DNA of 64,000 bases from positions 1 to 64,000 of the forward strand of contig NZ_MWQY01000004.1 of NCBI RefSeq assembly GCF_002087085.1, in the 5' to 3' direction. Below are positions 50,535-60,530 of the stretch, piece by piece. Every line of letters starts with the position of its first letter. Position 1 is the stretch's first letter. The notes under the pieces were generated by a model that saw only the letters and a program-made list of their open reading frames with translations, did no database searches and was not told the DNA's origin. The position numbers were made by a program, and so were the translations under genes.

Positions 50535-50630
50535 TACGGGCAGCTCCCGGGGGGCAGACCAAAAAATTCCCCCACTTTTTTTACTCTTTTTCCCGCAATG
50601 CCGCCGTCTATTGAGTATACTGACAGGAAG

Positions 50631-52751
50631 ATGAATAAACAGAATACACCCGAACATACCACCGAGCCGGGTCATCCCCTTCACTTCGGCTCATCCCTGA
50701 CCGGCCGGGGAGTCCAGTTCAACCTTTTTTCCCGAAACGCGACGGCCGTCAGCCTGCTTCTCTTCGATGAAGCGGAAGATACCGGACCGGCAGAGGTGAT
50801 TCGTCTGGATCCGGAGCAGAACCGTACCGGTGATGTCTGGCATATTCATGTATTGGGACTACGGACAGGCCAGCTCTATCTGTATCAGGTGGACGGTCCC
50901 TTCGATCCCGACAGGGGACACCGCTTTTTGCCCGACAAGTGGCTTATCGACCCCTACGCCAAGGCTCTGACCCACGACCGCCCCTGGAAGAAGTGGAAGC
51001 GCGATCTGATGCCCAGATGCGTGGTCGTGAATGATTATTTCGACTGGCAGGGGGATGTTCCCCTCAACTATCCCCTCCGGGACTGCGTAATCTACGAAAC
51101 ACACCTGGCTGGTCTCTCTGAGCACCCCTCCGCTGAGTCCGCAGCCCCGGGCACCTACCGGGGAGTTATCGAGAAAATCCCCTATTTCCGGGACCTGGGC
51201 ATAACCAGTCTCGAGTTCCTTCCCATTCAGGAGTACAATCCCCACGAGCTGCTTCAGAAGAACCCCCTGAACGGCAGGACCCTGACCAATTACTGGGGCT
51301 ACAGCACCATCAACTTCTTCTCCCCCGCCGCCCGCTACTCCTCAACCGGGAGCCGGGGACAGCAGGTAACGGAATTCAAGGAAATGGTACGGGAACTCCA
51401 TGCGGCGGGAATAGAGGTAATCCTGGACATAGTCTTCAACCACACCGCCGAAGGAAACGAGGAGGGCCCCACCATCTCCTTCCGGGGGCTGGACAACAGC
51501 ATTTACTATATACTTGATGATACCAGGAGGGGATACAAAAACTATTCAGGCTGCGGCAACACCATGAACTGCAACCACCCGATCCTGCGAAACTTTATTA
51601 TTGACTGCCTTCAGTACTGGGTCATGGAGATGCATGTCGACGGATTCCGTTTTGACCTGGGTTCCATCCTGGGAAGAGATCAGAAGGGAAGACTTTTGGA
51701 GAATCCCCCGATTATCGAGCGCATAGCGGAAGACCCTATACTGCGGGGAACCAAGCTTATTGCCGAGGCCTGGGATGCCGCCGGAGCCTACCAGGTGGGG
51801 AGTTTTCCGGGAGGCCGCTGGGCGGAATGGAACGACCGCTTCCGGGATGATATGCGGCAGTTCTGGAGAAACGATCCCCGGAAAATCTCGGCCATGGCAA
51901 TGCGGTTTTCAGGCAGCTCGGATTTGTATCTTTCGGACGGACGAAAACCCTTTCACAGCATCAATTTTATCACCTCCCATGACGGATTTACCCTGAACGA
52001 TCTTGTCAGTTACCAGGAGAAGCATAACGAAGAGAACGGCGAAGCCAACCGGGACGGCCACAATGCAAATTACTCCGCCAATTACGGGGTCGAAGGTTCA
52101 ACGGAAGACGCAGGCATCGAACAGATCCGTTCCCGGCAGATAAAGAACTTCCTTGCCAGCCTTCTTCTTTCTACCGGGACGCCGATGATTCTCGGCGGCG
52201 ACGAGTTCCGCCGTACCCAGAAGGGAAACAACAACACCTATTGCCAGGACGGCCCGATATCCTGGTATGACTGGACTTTGATTGAACGCTACCCCGTGAT
52301 CCACCGTTTTTGCAGGGAGCTGATCAAGTTTCGCCGGCGCCACCCGGCGTTTATGCGGCCCAACTTCTTCTCCGGACAGGACCTGAGTCTGAACGGACTT
52401 CCCGATATTACCTGGCTGGACGAAAAATGCGCCCCCGTGGACTGGAACCGGGAAAAAAACATCCTGGCGGCGCTCATAGACGGAAGCAAGGCGGATATCC
52501 AGGCGGACAGGGATGATAACGACTTCTTTCTTATGTTCAACGCCACCGGCGAAGAGGTACGTTTTCAGATCCCCGACCCGCCGTCCGGCAAGGTGTGGCA
52601 GCGCAAAATCGACACCTCCATGAACCCGGATATTCTGGATATAAATGTGGTGGAGGACCTGAACCGTCAGGAATATTACAGGGTTGAATCCAGGTCCTTT
52701 GTACTTCTGATTTCCGAACATTACGGGTCTGAAGCCATTCGCCTCGGATAG
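50631..52751 (+). CDS. glgX: glycogen debranching enzyme
   Basis: NYWGY, VFNHTAEG, DGFRFDL, AEAWD, HDGFTL, GNNN.Y.QD. Confidence 0.95.
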   Translation: MNKQNTPEHTTEPGHPLHFGSSLTGRGVQFNLFSRNATAVSLLLFDEAEDTGPAEVIRLDPEQNRTGDVWHIHVLGLRTGQLYLYQVDGPFDPDRGHRFLPDKWLIDPYAKALTHDRPWKKWKRDLMPRCVVVNDYFDWQGDVPLNYPLRDCVIYETHLAGLSEHPSAESAAPGTYRGVIEKIPYFRDLGITSLEFLPIQEYNPHELLQKNPLNGRTLTNYWGYSTINFFSPAARYSSTGSRGQQVTEFKEMVRELHAAGIEVILDIVFNHTAEGNEEGPTISFRGLDNSIYYILDDTRRGYKNYSGCGNTMNCNHPILRNFIIDCLQYWVMEMHVDGFRFDLGSILGRDQKGRLLENPPIIERIAEDPILRGTKLIAEAWDAAGAYQVGSFPGGRWAEWNDRFRDDMRQFWRNDPRKISAMAMRFSGSSDLYLSDGRKPFHSINFITSHDGFTLNDLVSYQEKHNEENGEANRDGHNANYSANYGVEGSTEDAGIEQIRSRQIKNFLASLLLSTGTPMILGGDEFRRTQKGNNNTYCQDGPISWYDWTLIERYPVIHRFCRELIKFRRRHPAFMRPNFFSGQDLSLNGLPDITWLDEKCAPVDWNREKNILAALIDGSKADIQADRDDNDFFLMFNATGEEVRFQIPDPPSGKVWQRKIDTSMNPDILDINVVEDLNRQEYYRVESRSFVLLISEHYGSEAIRLG

Positions 52752-52752
52752 C

Positions 52753-52828
52753 ATCCATTATATCCATTATGTTTTCTTGGATAAATTTATCCATTTAGCT
52801 TGACAAAGATCCATGAATATACTATTAT
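52753..52828 (+). promoter_or_regulatory. sigma70 promoter with ATCCAT repeats and a 16-bp palindrome
   Basis: TTGACA (52800)-17-TATTAT (52823); TGGATAAATTTATCCA at 52778-52793; ATCCAT at 52753, 52762, 52789, 52809. Confidence 0.75.
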
Positions 52829-52834
52829 GAATAT

Positions 52835-52904
52835 ATAAAGAGGCTTTCGCCAGGAAACAGCAGAAAAGGAACCGCTCCCCTCACCAGGGTTGAGCGGTTT
52901 TTTT
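52835..52904 (+). ncRNA. candidate ~70-nt small RNA
   Basis: Lies between a near-consensus promoter and a terminator; no ORF. Confidence 0.5.
52870..52904 (+). terminator. intrinsic terminator
   Basis: AACCGCTC...GAGCGGTT stem plus T7. Confidence 0.85.
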
Positions 52905-53469
52905 AAACCTTCCCGGAAACAAAAAGACTTCTGACCTGCCGGTCGTGGGCTTCCACGGGCAGTCCGAAGAGCAGCTGTTCCCTGAACAGACAGCTGACGG
53001 TATCGACGGATTCGGGCAGAGACGACAACAGGCGATCATAGAAACCGCCGCCGTAACCGATCCGGTATCCCCGACTGTCAAAGGCGAGGCCCGGCACTAT
53101 AATCAGCAGCCCTTCCGCGGCCGCCTGCTCTGCCCTTACCACAGGAGAATCGGCTTCGGGTTCCCGCATTCCGTAGGAATGGACAATCCAGGGGCCGTCA
53201 AGGTTCGGAACCTCATGAAACTGCAGGTGCTTCCTCTCGACCCTGGGAAGAGCAAGACGTTTACCCGAGGCGAGGGCTGCCCCCAGAACAGGCTCCAGGT
53301 TAAACTCATGCCCCATGGGAAGATACGCAAAAACCCAGCAACAGGTCTCCCAGGGGGGAGACTTCAGAAGGGAAGCTGTTACCTCTTTCTCCTGTCGGTG
53401 CCTCTCTTCTTCCGGCAGACCCGACAGCAGGGCCCTGATCTTTTTTCGAATTCGCACCTTTTCTTCCAT
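52903..53469 (-). CDS. 5-formyltetrahydrofolate cyclo-ligase
   Basis: IVPGLAFD..GYRIGYGGGFYDR, HD. Confidence 0.94.
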   Translation of the reverse strand: MEEKVRIRKKIRALLSGLPEEERHRQEKEVTASLLKSPPWETCCWVFAYLPMGHEFNLEPVLGAALASGKRLALPRVERKHLQFHEVPNLDGPWIVHSYGMREPEADSPVVRAEQAAAEGLLIIVPGLAFDSRGYRIGYGGGFYDRLLSSLPESVDTVSCLFREQLLFGLPVEAHDRQVRSLFVSGKV

Positions 53470-53558
53470 AGGTCCCCCGAAAAGAAAACGGCCCACCGCA
53501 CACCGAAGGTATTCCTTCTGATCACGGCAGGCCGGAATTGAGCTGAAAATGTCAGGCC

Positions 53559-53921
53559 TTATTTCGCCCTGACTTCAACCTTACCGCCCCGGCATCCTTT
53601 CAGAACCGTGGCATCACCGATGATCCGCCCGAAAACTTCGCCTTCACTGGCAATTCGGGGTTTGGAACCGGTACTGGCCGGAGTAGGACCATAGAAGATG
53701 CAGAAGGCGTTTCCCGGGGGCCAGTAGGCAAGATCTCCGACCTCCATATCGATCTGGGGCTTTTCCACCTCCGGAGATATGGGCATGGAGAAATAGAGCT
53801 CATCTCCCCAGGGGGATGCATGCCCGCTCAGGGGCAGAATGCCGGCAACCTCCCTTCCAAGGGCGGTATCGAAAAGTTCGCCTTCAAGTTCTTGTCCTGC
53901 AACAGAAATAATGATCTTCAT
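53559..53921 (-). CDS. cyclophilin-like fold protein
   Basis: WGDELYF, GDLAYWPPGNAFCIFYGPTP. Confidence 0.88.
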   Translation of the reverse strand: MKIIISVAGQELEGELFDTALGREVAGILPLSGHASPWGDELYFSMPISPEVEKPQIDMEVGDLAYWPPGNAFCIFYGPTPASTGSKPRIASEGEVFGRIIGDATVLKGCRGGKVEVRAK

Positions 53922-53932
53922 GTTTTCTCCTT

Positions 53933-55300
53933 CTATAGAGGGATTCCATAGGGGCCGTCTTTCAGATAGGCGATCCGCGGTTCGCCGGACCCCGTGTAAA
54001 GCTCTTTCAGTTTATCGATTCCGGCGGCCACCAGCTTCGGCACCAGGACCTCCGGATCTGCAGATTCAGGTATACCCGCCATTTCAGATAACCTGGAACC
54101 TGCGGTCAGCTCATACTCGGCATCGCCGAACTGGGGGCTGTAATAGTAAAAGTGATCGATGGGAATCTTTTTGAAGAGGCGGGTCCACATCTGCACCTGC
54201 CACTGCTCCGGAATAAAGGTCCAGTCCGGAGAGAGAAGAATCTTTTCCACCGCCTCGGGACCGCTGAGAGTAAGGATCTGAAGCACCGTCTTGTAGGCAA
54301 GACTCCCTATTGGATCGGTATCGGTATTGTCGGCGAGCATTATTACGTGCCCCCCGGGCTTGATGATCCTGGCAGCCACGGTTCCCGCCTTGGCAACCTG
54401 GTAATGGTTGATCCCCACAAAACCGCCGTGGCTCAGCACGATGTCGTACTGCCCCTCGTAGGGCACGGCGGTATAACTCTTAAGATGCTCCACCGCCGCC
54501 TCATGGGCAGCCTTCAGCTCTCCTGCGAATACCCCGGTTACCTTGAACTGATGGTCCAGGGTAACGTTGACGATATAGTCGGTACCGGCGGTGCTGGCGA
54601 CCTCGAAGGACTCTTCGTGGCAGGGGTTACCCTCCAGAAGCAGGTCCGTGGTGTTCGGATGCGCCATCATGGGGGCTCCGTGGAACACGAAGGTGCTCTC
54701 TTCGCCGATGAGACCGGGACAGATCGATTTTCGTCCCCCTGACGCACCGGCCATGAAGTGGCTCTCCACAAGGCCGGTGAGGATCCGTATATCGCTCTCC
54801 ATATAGAACCTGTTGATGTAGATTTCACTGCCCCGGGCAGTCGTACCCAGGTAGCTCAGGCCCTTGTCATTCTTGCAGTTGTGGTTTTTCACCTGAACCC
54901 CGGCGTCCAGTACCCGGGGATCGATCATCTTCGAGATTTCCGCCTCGGTCAGCCCCCGGTGCATACCGGTGGCCACAAGAACGGTTATTTTTCCAGCCCT
55001 GACCCCCTGTTTCAACAGGCGATCCACGAGGGGCCAGAGGATTCCCTGATCCCCGGTGTATGGAACAGGACGCGTATTATCGGAGATTACGATCACCGCC
55101 GTTGGATCATCGATCTTCTCCTTCTTTTTTCGGATTATCTCGTCGATTCCCGGGCCGCCGATGGACGAGTCCAGGGCCTCCTGAATTTTCTGAGCCGGAT
55201 TGTCCAGGGCGACAGGACTGCCCATACTCAGGATGTCTACCTCGTCTGGAAGTTCCAGAGCGATATGTCTGCTGCCGAAGGGCAGATCAGTTTTCTGCAT
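53933..55300 (-). CDS. LarA-family nickel-pincer 2-hydroxyacid racemase/epimerase
   Basis: SDNTRP, ATGMHR, HFMAGASGGRKS; start at ATG 55300. Confidence 0.9.
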   Translation of the reverse strand: MQKTDLPFGSRHIALELPDEVDILSMGSPVALDNPAQKIQEALDSSIGGPGIDEIIRKKKEKIDDPTAVIVISDNTRPVPYTGDQGILWPLVDRLLKQGVRAGKITVLVATGMHRGLTEAEISKMIDPRVLDAGVQVKNHNCKNDKGLSYLGTTARGSEIYINRFYMESDIRILTGLVESHFMAGASGGRKSICPGLIGEESTFVFHGAPMMAHPNTTDLLLEGNPCHEESFEVASTAGTDYIVNVTLDHQFKVTGVFAGELKAAHEAAVEHLKSYTAVPYEGQYDIVLSHGGFVGINHYQVAKAGTVAARIIKPGGHVIMLADNTDTDPIGSLAYKTVLQILTLSGPEAVEKILLSPDWTFIPEQWQVQMWTRLFKKIPIDHFYYYSPQFGDAEYELTAGSRLSEMAGIPESADPEVLVPKLVAAGIDKLKELYTGSGEPRIAYLKDGPYGIPL

Positions 55301-55416
55301 GTCGTTCTCCACACTCTTACAGGATAAGGCCGGGTCAAACAATTGACCTGACAACCAGAGTATACTAGTTTCAGGCAGCTGGGAAAACCCTGTCCTTCTG
55401 AACCGGTGCCCCCGGA

Positions 55417-56403
55417 TCAGCGTATCCTGCTGTCTCCCTGCCATAAATCAGCATTCGGTCCCATGGCGTTTTTCAGCTCCTGCGACTCCCGGGTAAGCCT
55501 GTCGACAACATCCGCAGGCAGGTCTTCTTCCACGTAACGCAGATTATCCGCCAGCTGCTTTTCGTTCCCCGACCCGATTATCACGCTGGATATTCCAGGC
55601 TGTGCCAGAACCCAGCCAATGCCGCAATGGGGCAGGGAGAGTCCCGCCTCGTCGGCTATTTTTTTAAGAGCAGCAATAGTCCTGAATACCAGCTCTTCAT
55701 GCCCCGCTTCGCCGTGCCGTGCGTTGGGGTTCTCAGTGGAAAAGTGCCGCGTTCGTTTGCGTCCAACCGGGAACTCCTCCGGAGAGCTGTACCTGCCGGA
55801 AAGCAGTCCCTGCATGAGGGCGCTGTAGGTCAGCACACCGAGCTTCTTTTCCCGCAGAAAGGGGAGCATTTCAAACTCGATGGCCCTGAAGAGCAGACTG
55901 TAGCCTATCTGATCGCTGATTACAGGGAGACTGCTCTCCGCCAGATTTGCAGGGCCGAAATTGCAGACCCCGAAATGGCGGATTTTACCTTCCTCCAGGA
56001 GACGGGAGATCACCCCTTCCGCCTCCGCCTGGGTAAAGGATGCATCAGTAAAAGGCCAGTGCTGCTGGTACAGATCGATGTAATCCGTTCGAAGGCGCTT
56101 GAGACTCTCTTCGAGAACAGTCCGTATATCCTCGGGGCGGGAAATTCGTTGAGGCATAAACTTGGAAGCCAGGAGGACCTTATCCCGACGTCTTTCCAGG
56201 GCTTCGCCCAGAACCGACTCACTTACCCCATCGCCGTAACCTTCGGCGGTATCGATCAGATTGATGCCCTTATCCATGGCGGCATGCACCATTCTGACGG
56301 ATTCCTTCTTTTCCCGGTCGCCCCAGATGCCGCCTCCGGCAAAAGACCAGGTGCCGAGGGTAAAGCAGGAGACTTCAAGGGGACCCAATGTATTGTAATG
56401 CAT
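55417..56403 (-). CDS. aldo/keto reductase
   Basis: IDTAEGYG, SLKRLRTDYIDLY..HWP, GKIR..GVCN. Confidence 0.93.
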   Translation of the reverse strand: MHYNTLGPLEVSCFTLGTWSFAGGGIWGDREKKESVRMVHAAMDKGINLIDTAEGYGDGVSESVLGEALERRRDKVLLASKFMPQRISRPEDIRTVLEESLKRLRTDYIDLYQQHWPFTDASFTQAEAEGVISRLLEEGKIRHFGVCNFGPANLAESSLPVISDQIGYSLLFRAIEFEMLPFLREKKLGVLTYSALMQGLLSGRYSSPEEFPVGRKRTRHFSTENPNARHGEAGHEELVFRTIAALKKIADEAGLSLPHCGIGWVLAQPGISSVIIGSGNEKQLADNLRYVEEDLPADVVDRLTRESQELKNAMGPNADLWQGDSRIR

Positions 56404-56456
56404 ATTTTCCTTCCTCTGATTATTCTGATTCTTTGTCCATTTCCATGGAAACTTTA

Positions 56457-57458
56457 TTACTCTCGAACCGTTTTTCTGATAACAAGTTCCGGGGGCAGGA
56501 TGACGTGCTGGGCATGGTTTTCTTGAACAGGATTTATTTTCTGCACAAGGATCTCCACCGCCGTCCGGCCAAGAATATACTTCGGCTGGGCCATGGTTGA
56601 TAACTCAATCTCCGGAAAGGAGGCAATCGGAATATCATCAAAGCCGATTACTCCGATTCCGGATCCCAGCCTGTCGGGGAGAGCCTTGAGGGCCCGCAGC
56701 AGATCGAGGGCGATCACATCATTGGCTGCGAAGAACGCGTCGGGGCCTTCCCCCCCCTGCAGCTTCGCCACAGCCTTCTTCAGCGCGGCACTGTTTGAGA
56801 CGGCAGGCCCGCTGAAAATCAGCTCAGCGTCATAGAGAATCCCGAAATCCTTTAAGGCTTTGTTATACCCCACCAGGCGGTCTTCATAGGTCTCGGAGGT
56901 TATTTTCCCGCCGACAATGGCGACACGTCTGAATCCCAGCTCGAGCAGATGCCTGGTGGCCAGGTAACCGCCCAGTTCGTGATCGATTGTGACAAAACTT
57001 GTGCTATCCACCGCATTCTTGGTATTGAGAATTACCGACGGGATTCCCGTATCCAGTACCTCAGTTTTCGCATTGGAAGAAACCGGCATTATGAGCAATC
57101 CGTCGACCCGGTTGGAACCAAGCCGCCTGATATACTGGCTTTCCAGTTCAGGAGAGTAGTTCGTGTCCCCAAGAATAAGAGTATAGCCGAACTCCTGGGC
57201 AGCGTTTTCCACGCCCCTGGCTACCTCGGCGGAAAAGGGGTTTGTAATGTCCGGCACCAGCAGACCGATCGTATCGGTCCGCTGCATGACAAGACCCCGG
57301 GCCAGGATATTTGGCTGGTATCCCATGCGTTTGGCCTCTTCCACTACACGTTCCCGCGTAATCGGCTTTACACCGGCTCTGTTTGTTAAAGCCCGCGAGA
57401 CTGTCGTATAGGAGACTCCCAGTTCTTTTGCAATATCCTTGATCGTTACCCTGGCCAC
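56457..57458 (-). CDS. LacI-family regulator
   Basis: TIKDIAKELGVSYTTVSRAL, YQPN, GFDD. Confidence 0.95.
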   Translation of the reverse strand: MARVTIKDIAKELGVSYTTVSRALTNRAGVKPITRERVVEEAKRMGYQPNILARGLVMQRTDTIGLLVPDITNPFSAEVARGVENAAQEFGYTLILGDTNYSPELESQYIRRLGSNRVDGLLIMPVSSNAKTEVLDTGIPSVILNTKNAVDSTSFVTIDHELGGYLATRHLLELGFRRVAIVGGKITSETYEDRLVGYNKALKDFGILYDAELIFSGPAVSNSAALKKAVAKLQGGEGPDAFFAANDVIALDLLRALKALPDRLGSGIGVIGFDDIPIASFPEIELSTMAQPKYILGRTAVEILVQKINPVQENHAQHVILPPELVIRKTVRE

Positions 57459-57534
57459 GATACCTTCCTCAACAGTGATTTATGGACATCTCTGTGGCCT
57501 TTTCTTTACCATCACGTTGTTCAGCTGCCCCTAT

Positions 57535-58824
57535 CTATTCAAACAATAAATTCGGTACAAATTCTACAACAGGCGGGAAAAAAGCGATCAGCACCAGAAC
57601 CAGTGAGATCGCGATGATGAAGGGTATCAGATCCCGCAGAAACTGCTCTACCCGCAATCCGCTTATCGCCGCTCCCACATACAGACAGGACCCCACCGGC
57701 GGTGTAATCAGACCGATGACAAAACCGAACACCATGGTTATCGTAAAGTGGACCTTGCCCATGCCGATCTGGGTGGCAATCGGCAGAAATATGGGGGTAA
57801 AGATCAGGATGGCCGGCAGGGGATCCAGGAAGGTACCGATAATAAGAAAGGTCGCGAGCATTCCCAGGGTAATAAGGATCGGATTCGTCGTTACCGAGGT
57901 TATCCAGTTACCGACGGCCATTGGAATCTGCGCGATTGCGAAGATCCAGCCCAGAACCATGGCCGCCCCCACGGCAAGCATTACCGCCCCGAGGCGCTGC
58001 ACCACCGTTAGCAGGGTTTTGTACAGAAGTGACCATGAGGGAAAACTCCGCAGCAGAAAAATGCCCACAATTACAGCGTAAAATACCGTCATGGCAGCGG
58101 CTTCGGTGGGGGTAAAAACCCCGCCCAGGATTCCGCCGAAGATAATGACGGGAATACCGATGGCCGGAATCCCGGCCCAGAATACCTGTACACGATCCTT
58201 CCAGCTCATTCGGTGAGCGGCGGGGAAGCCCTTGCGTTTAGCATAGATCAGGCTGACCACCAGCTGCCCCAGGCCGGAGAGTATCCCCGGAACAATTCCC
58301 GCCATAAAGAGGACGGCTACTGAAGAGCTGGTTGCCAGGGCCGCGACAATCATCAGATTGCTGGGGGGAATGATCACCCCTATGGTGGAGGAGCTCACGG
58401 TTACGGCCGTGGCATAACTGCGGGTATACCCGTCTTTTTCCATGGCCGGGATAAGTAGTCCGCCGACAGCAGAAGTATCCGCGGTGGCCGCGCCGGTAAT
58501 CCCGGCAAAAAACATGCTTACAACGATATTCACATGGGAGAGCCCGCCTCTTACATGACCCAGAAAAGCCCGGAAAAGCTTGATCAGCTTTTCAAACAGC
58601 GGTGTTATGGCCATCATCTCCCCGGCCAGCATAAAGAAGGGTATGCACAGCAGAATAAAGTTGTTTACCCCCGCAAAGATCCTCTGTGGTACGATGGAAA
58701 GGGGAATAGCCTCATGAAAGGTTTTAAGGGTTAATATTGCCGTAACCAGCATTGAATACCCGATGGGCATGCCCAGAATCATCAGGCCCAGAAATCCGAC
58801 CAGAATAAAAAGTGCTGTTGTCAT
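57535..58824 (-). CDS. TRAP transporter large permease (DctM)
   Basis: IPFFMLAG, IIPPS, FTPTEAA, ITPPVG. Confidence 0.95.
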   Translation of the reverse strand: MTTALFILVGFLGLMILGMPIGYSMLVTAILTLKTFHEAIPLSIVPQRIFAGVNNFILLCIPFFMLAGEMMAITPLFEKLIKLFRAFLGHVRGGLSHVNIVVSMFFAGITGAATADTSAVGGLLIPAMEKDGYTRSYATAVTVSSSTIGVIIPPSNLMIVAALATSSSVAVLFMAGIVPGILSGLGQLVVSLIYAKRKGFPAAHRMSWKDRVQVFWAGIPAIGIPVIIFGGILGGVFTPTEAAAMTVFYAVIVGIFLLRSFPSWSLLYKTLLTVVQRLGAVMLAVGAAMVLGWIFAIAQIPMAVGNWITSVTTNPILITLGMLATFLIIGTFLDPLPAILIFTPIFLPIATQIGMGKVHFTITMVFGFVIGLITPPVGSCLYVGAAISGLRVEQFLRDLIPFIIAISLVLVLIAFFPPVVEFVPNLLFE

Positions 58825-59357
58825 TTACCGTCTCCTCCTGCTCTCTTCTCCGCTGCTTCGCTCATAATGTCTCCGATTAGGGTTCGTATCTGCTTCTGGG
58901 CAGTATCGAGCCTGTTCAGAAAGGTTAGAACCATGGAAACAGGCAGGGCAATGTAAATATAATTGAGGGGCATCTCGAGGATTGTGGACAACCCGCTTTT
59001 GCCCTGGTCGTAATAAATGAGGCCCTCCTGGAACAGCACGAACAGGGCATAGAAAATCAGAAGGTTCAGGAGAACTTCAATAACAAGCCTTATCTTTGCG
59101 GGAACCATCTCGATAAAGACTTCGATCCTGAAATGGTCGCCGCTCTTTTCCGCGACAGAAAAGCCGAGGAAGACCATCCAGATAAACATGTATCTCGCCA
59201 CCTCTTCGGACCAGGCGAGGGGACTTTTAAACACGTAGCGCAGCAGTACTGAATAAAACACCACCAGGCTCACGAGTACGAGAATAACAACGGATGTCAC
59301 CTCGATTATCTTGTTCAATACGCTGAATGTTCTTCTCAGCGGATTCTCCTTCAACAT
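58821..59357 (-). CDS. TRAP transporter small permease (DctQ)
   Basis: RYVF...WSEEVARY, H..IE. Confidence 0.93.
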   Translation of the reverse strand: MLKENPLRRTFSVLNKIIEVTSVVILVLVSLVVFYSVLLRYVFKSPLAWSEEVARYMFIWMVFLGFSVAEKSGDHFRIEVFIEMVPAKIRLVIEVLLNLLIFYALFVLFQEGLIYYDQGKSGLSTILEMPLNYIYIALPVSMVLTFLNRLDTAQKQIRTLIGDIMSEAAEKRAGGDGK

Positions 59358-59386
59358 ACATGGGCCTCTTAATTCACTAGATTAGA

Positions 59387-59419
59387 GCTGCCTCCGGCGA
59401 GCAGTCGCCGGAAGACAGC
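59387..59419. other. intercistronic hairpin after dctP
   Basis: GCTG..TCCGGCGA-GCAG-TCGCCGGA..CAGC. Confidence 0.6.
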
Positions 59420-59440
59420 ATTATTCACATTTTTTTAAAC

Positions 59441-60463
59441 TTACCTGGCGTCTTTAACCATCTGCACCAGGTTCTTGCCGATCTCCTTCTCGTACTTGTC
59501 GACGATGGGGGCGACGCTCGCCCGGAACTTGTCAAGTTCCGATTCACTCAACTCGACAACCGTAATCCCTTTATCGCGGATTTTCTGCATCGAGTCTTCC
59601 CAGGCGCCCTGGATGTATTCGAACTGATAGCGAATCGCGCGCTCCGACGCCCTTAATATGGCGTCCTGCAACTCCGGATCAAAGGAATCGAACTTCGCCT
59701 TGTTCATTACCAGCACATTGGAGCTCAAGGTGTGCTTGTCCAGCATGTAGTACTTGATGACGTCGATCCATCCCCAGCTGACTACGCTGGCAGGATCATT
59801 TTCACCGGCATCCACCACGCCTGTCTGGAGGGCGGTATAGAGTTCCGATGAGGGCATGGGCGTGGGCAGCATTCCAAGACGCTTGAACATCTCGATGTAT
59901 ACCGGACTCTCCATACTGCGGATCTTGAGACCTTGGAGATCGCTATAGGAGCGGACCTCCTTCTTGGCGGTGAATATACTCCGGAAGCCAGGGATTATCT
60001 GTCCCAGCAGTATGACCCCGTCGTCGGCGCACTCGGCCTCCAGAACATCCCCTACCTCGCCGAAAACTACCCGGTCAAAATGATCCACACTGTCAAAGAG
60101 GTAGGGCAGATCGAAAATCTTGAACGAGGGGGCCCAGCCCAGAACATAGGTGGTGGCACCCATGGAAAAATCCACGCTTCCCGCCTGAGCCATCTCGAGG
60201 AGTTCCCGTTCGTTGGAACTCAGAGCCCCGGAATGATGCACGGTAAGTTCGATCCGTCCGTTGGATTCCTCTTTGAGATACTCCTTAAACTTGAATGCCA
60301 TATCTCCCATATAACCGCCCTCCGGGGGCTGGCTGGAAGCCATGGTCATCTTGATAACTTCGCTGCCTTTCCCCGCATCCGAAGCGCTCTCTCCCTGTCC
60401 TCCGGCAAAGGCGGAACCTGCCGCCAGACATACCAGAAGAAGCAACACTGCAATCCGTTTCAT
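59441..60463 (-). CDS. TRAP substrate-binding protein (DctP)
   Basis: Signal FAGGQGE, DLPYLF, GLKIR, ELYTALQTGVVD.EN. Confidence 0.95.
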   Translation of the reverse strand: MKRIAVLLLLVCLAAGSAFAGGQGESASDAGKGSEVIKMTMASSQPPEGGYMGDMAFKFKEYLKEESNGRIELTVHHSGALSSNERELLEMAQAGSVDFSMGATTYVLGWAPSFKIFDLPYLFDSVDHFDRVVFGEVGDVLEAECADDGVILLGQIIPGFRSIFTAKKEVRSYSDLQGLKIRSMESPVYIEMFKRLGMLPTPMPSSELYTALQTGVVDAGENDPASVVSWGWIDVIKYYMLDKHTLSSNVLVMNKAKFDSFDPELQDAILRASERAIRYQFEYIQGAWEDSMQKIRDKGITVVELSESELDKFRASVAPIVDKYEKEIGKNLVQMVKDAR

Positions 60464-60530
60464 ACAAACCTCCAAAAATATTTTCCTGCCTCCGCAACGC
60501 GCAGGCATTATACCCAAGCCTGTGTACTCG

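Noticed and set aside
52753..52814. DnaA boxes or a replication origin
   Set aside because: TTATCCAT and ATCCAT do not match TTATCCACA, and no origin-linked genes are nearby.
53470..53558. 6S RNA or folate/ZTP riboswitch upstream of the formyl-THF cyclo-ligase
   Set aside because: Only ~90 nt, too short for 6S, and I recognise no riboswitch consensus. A single stem plus T tract fits a terminator better.
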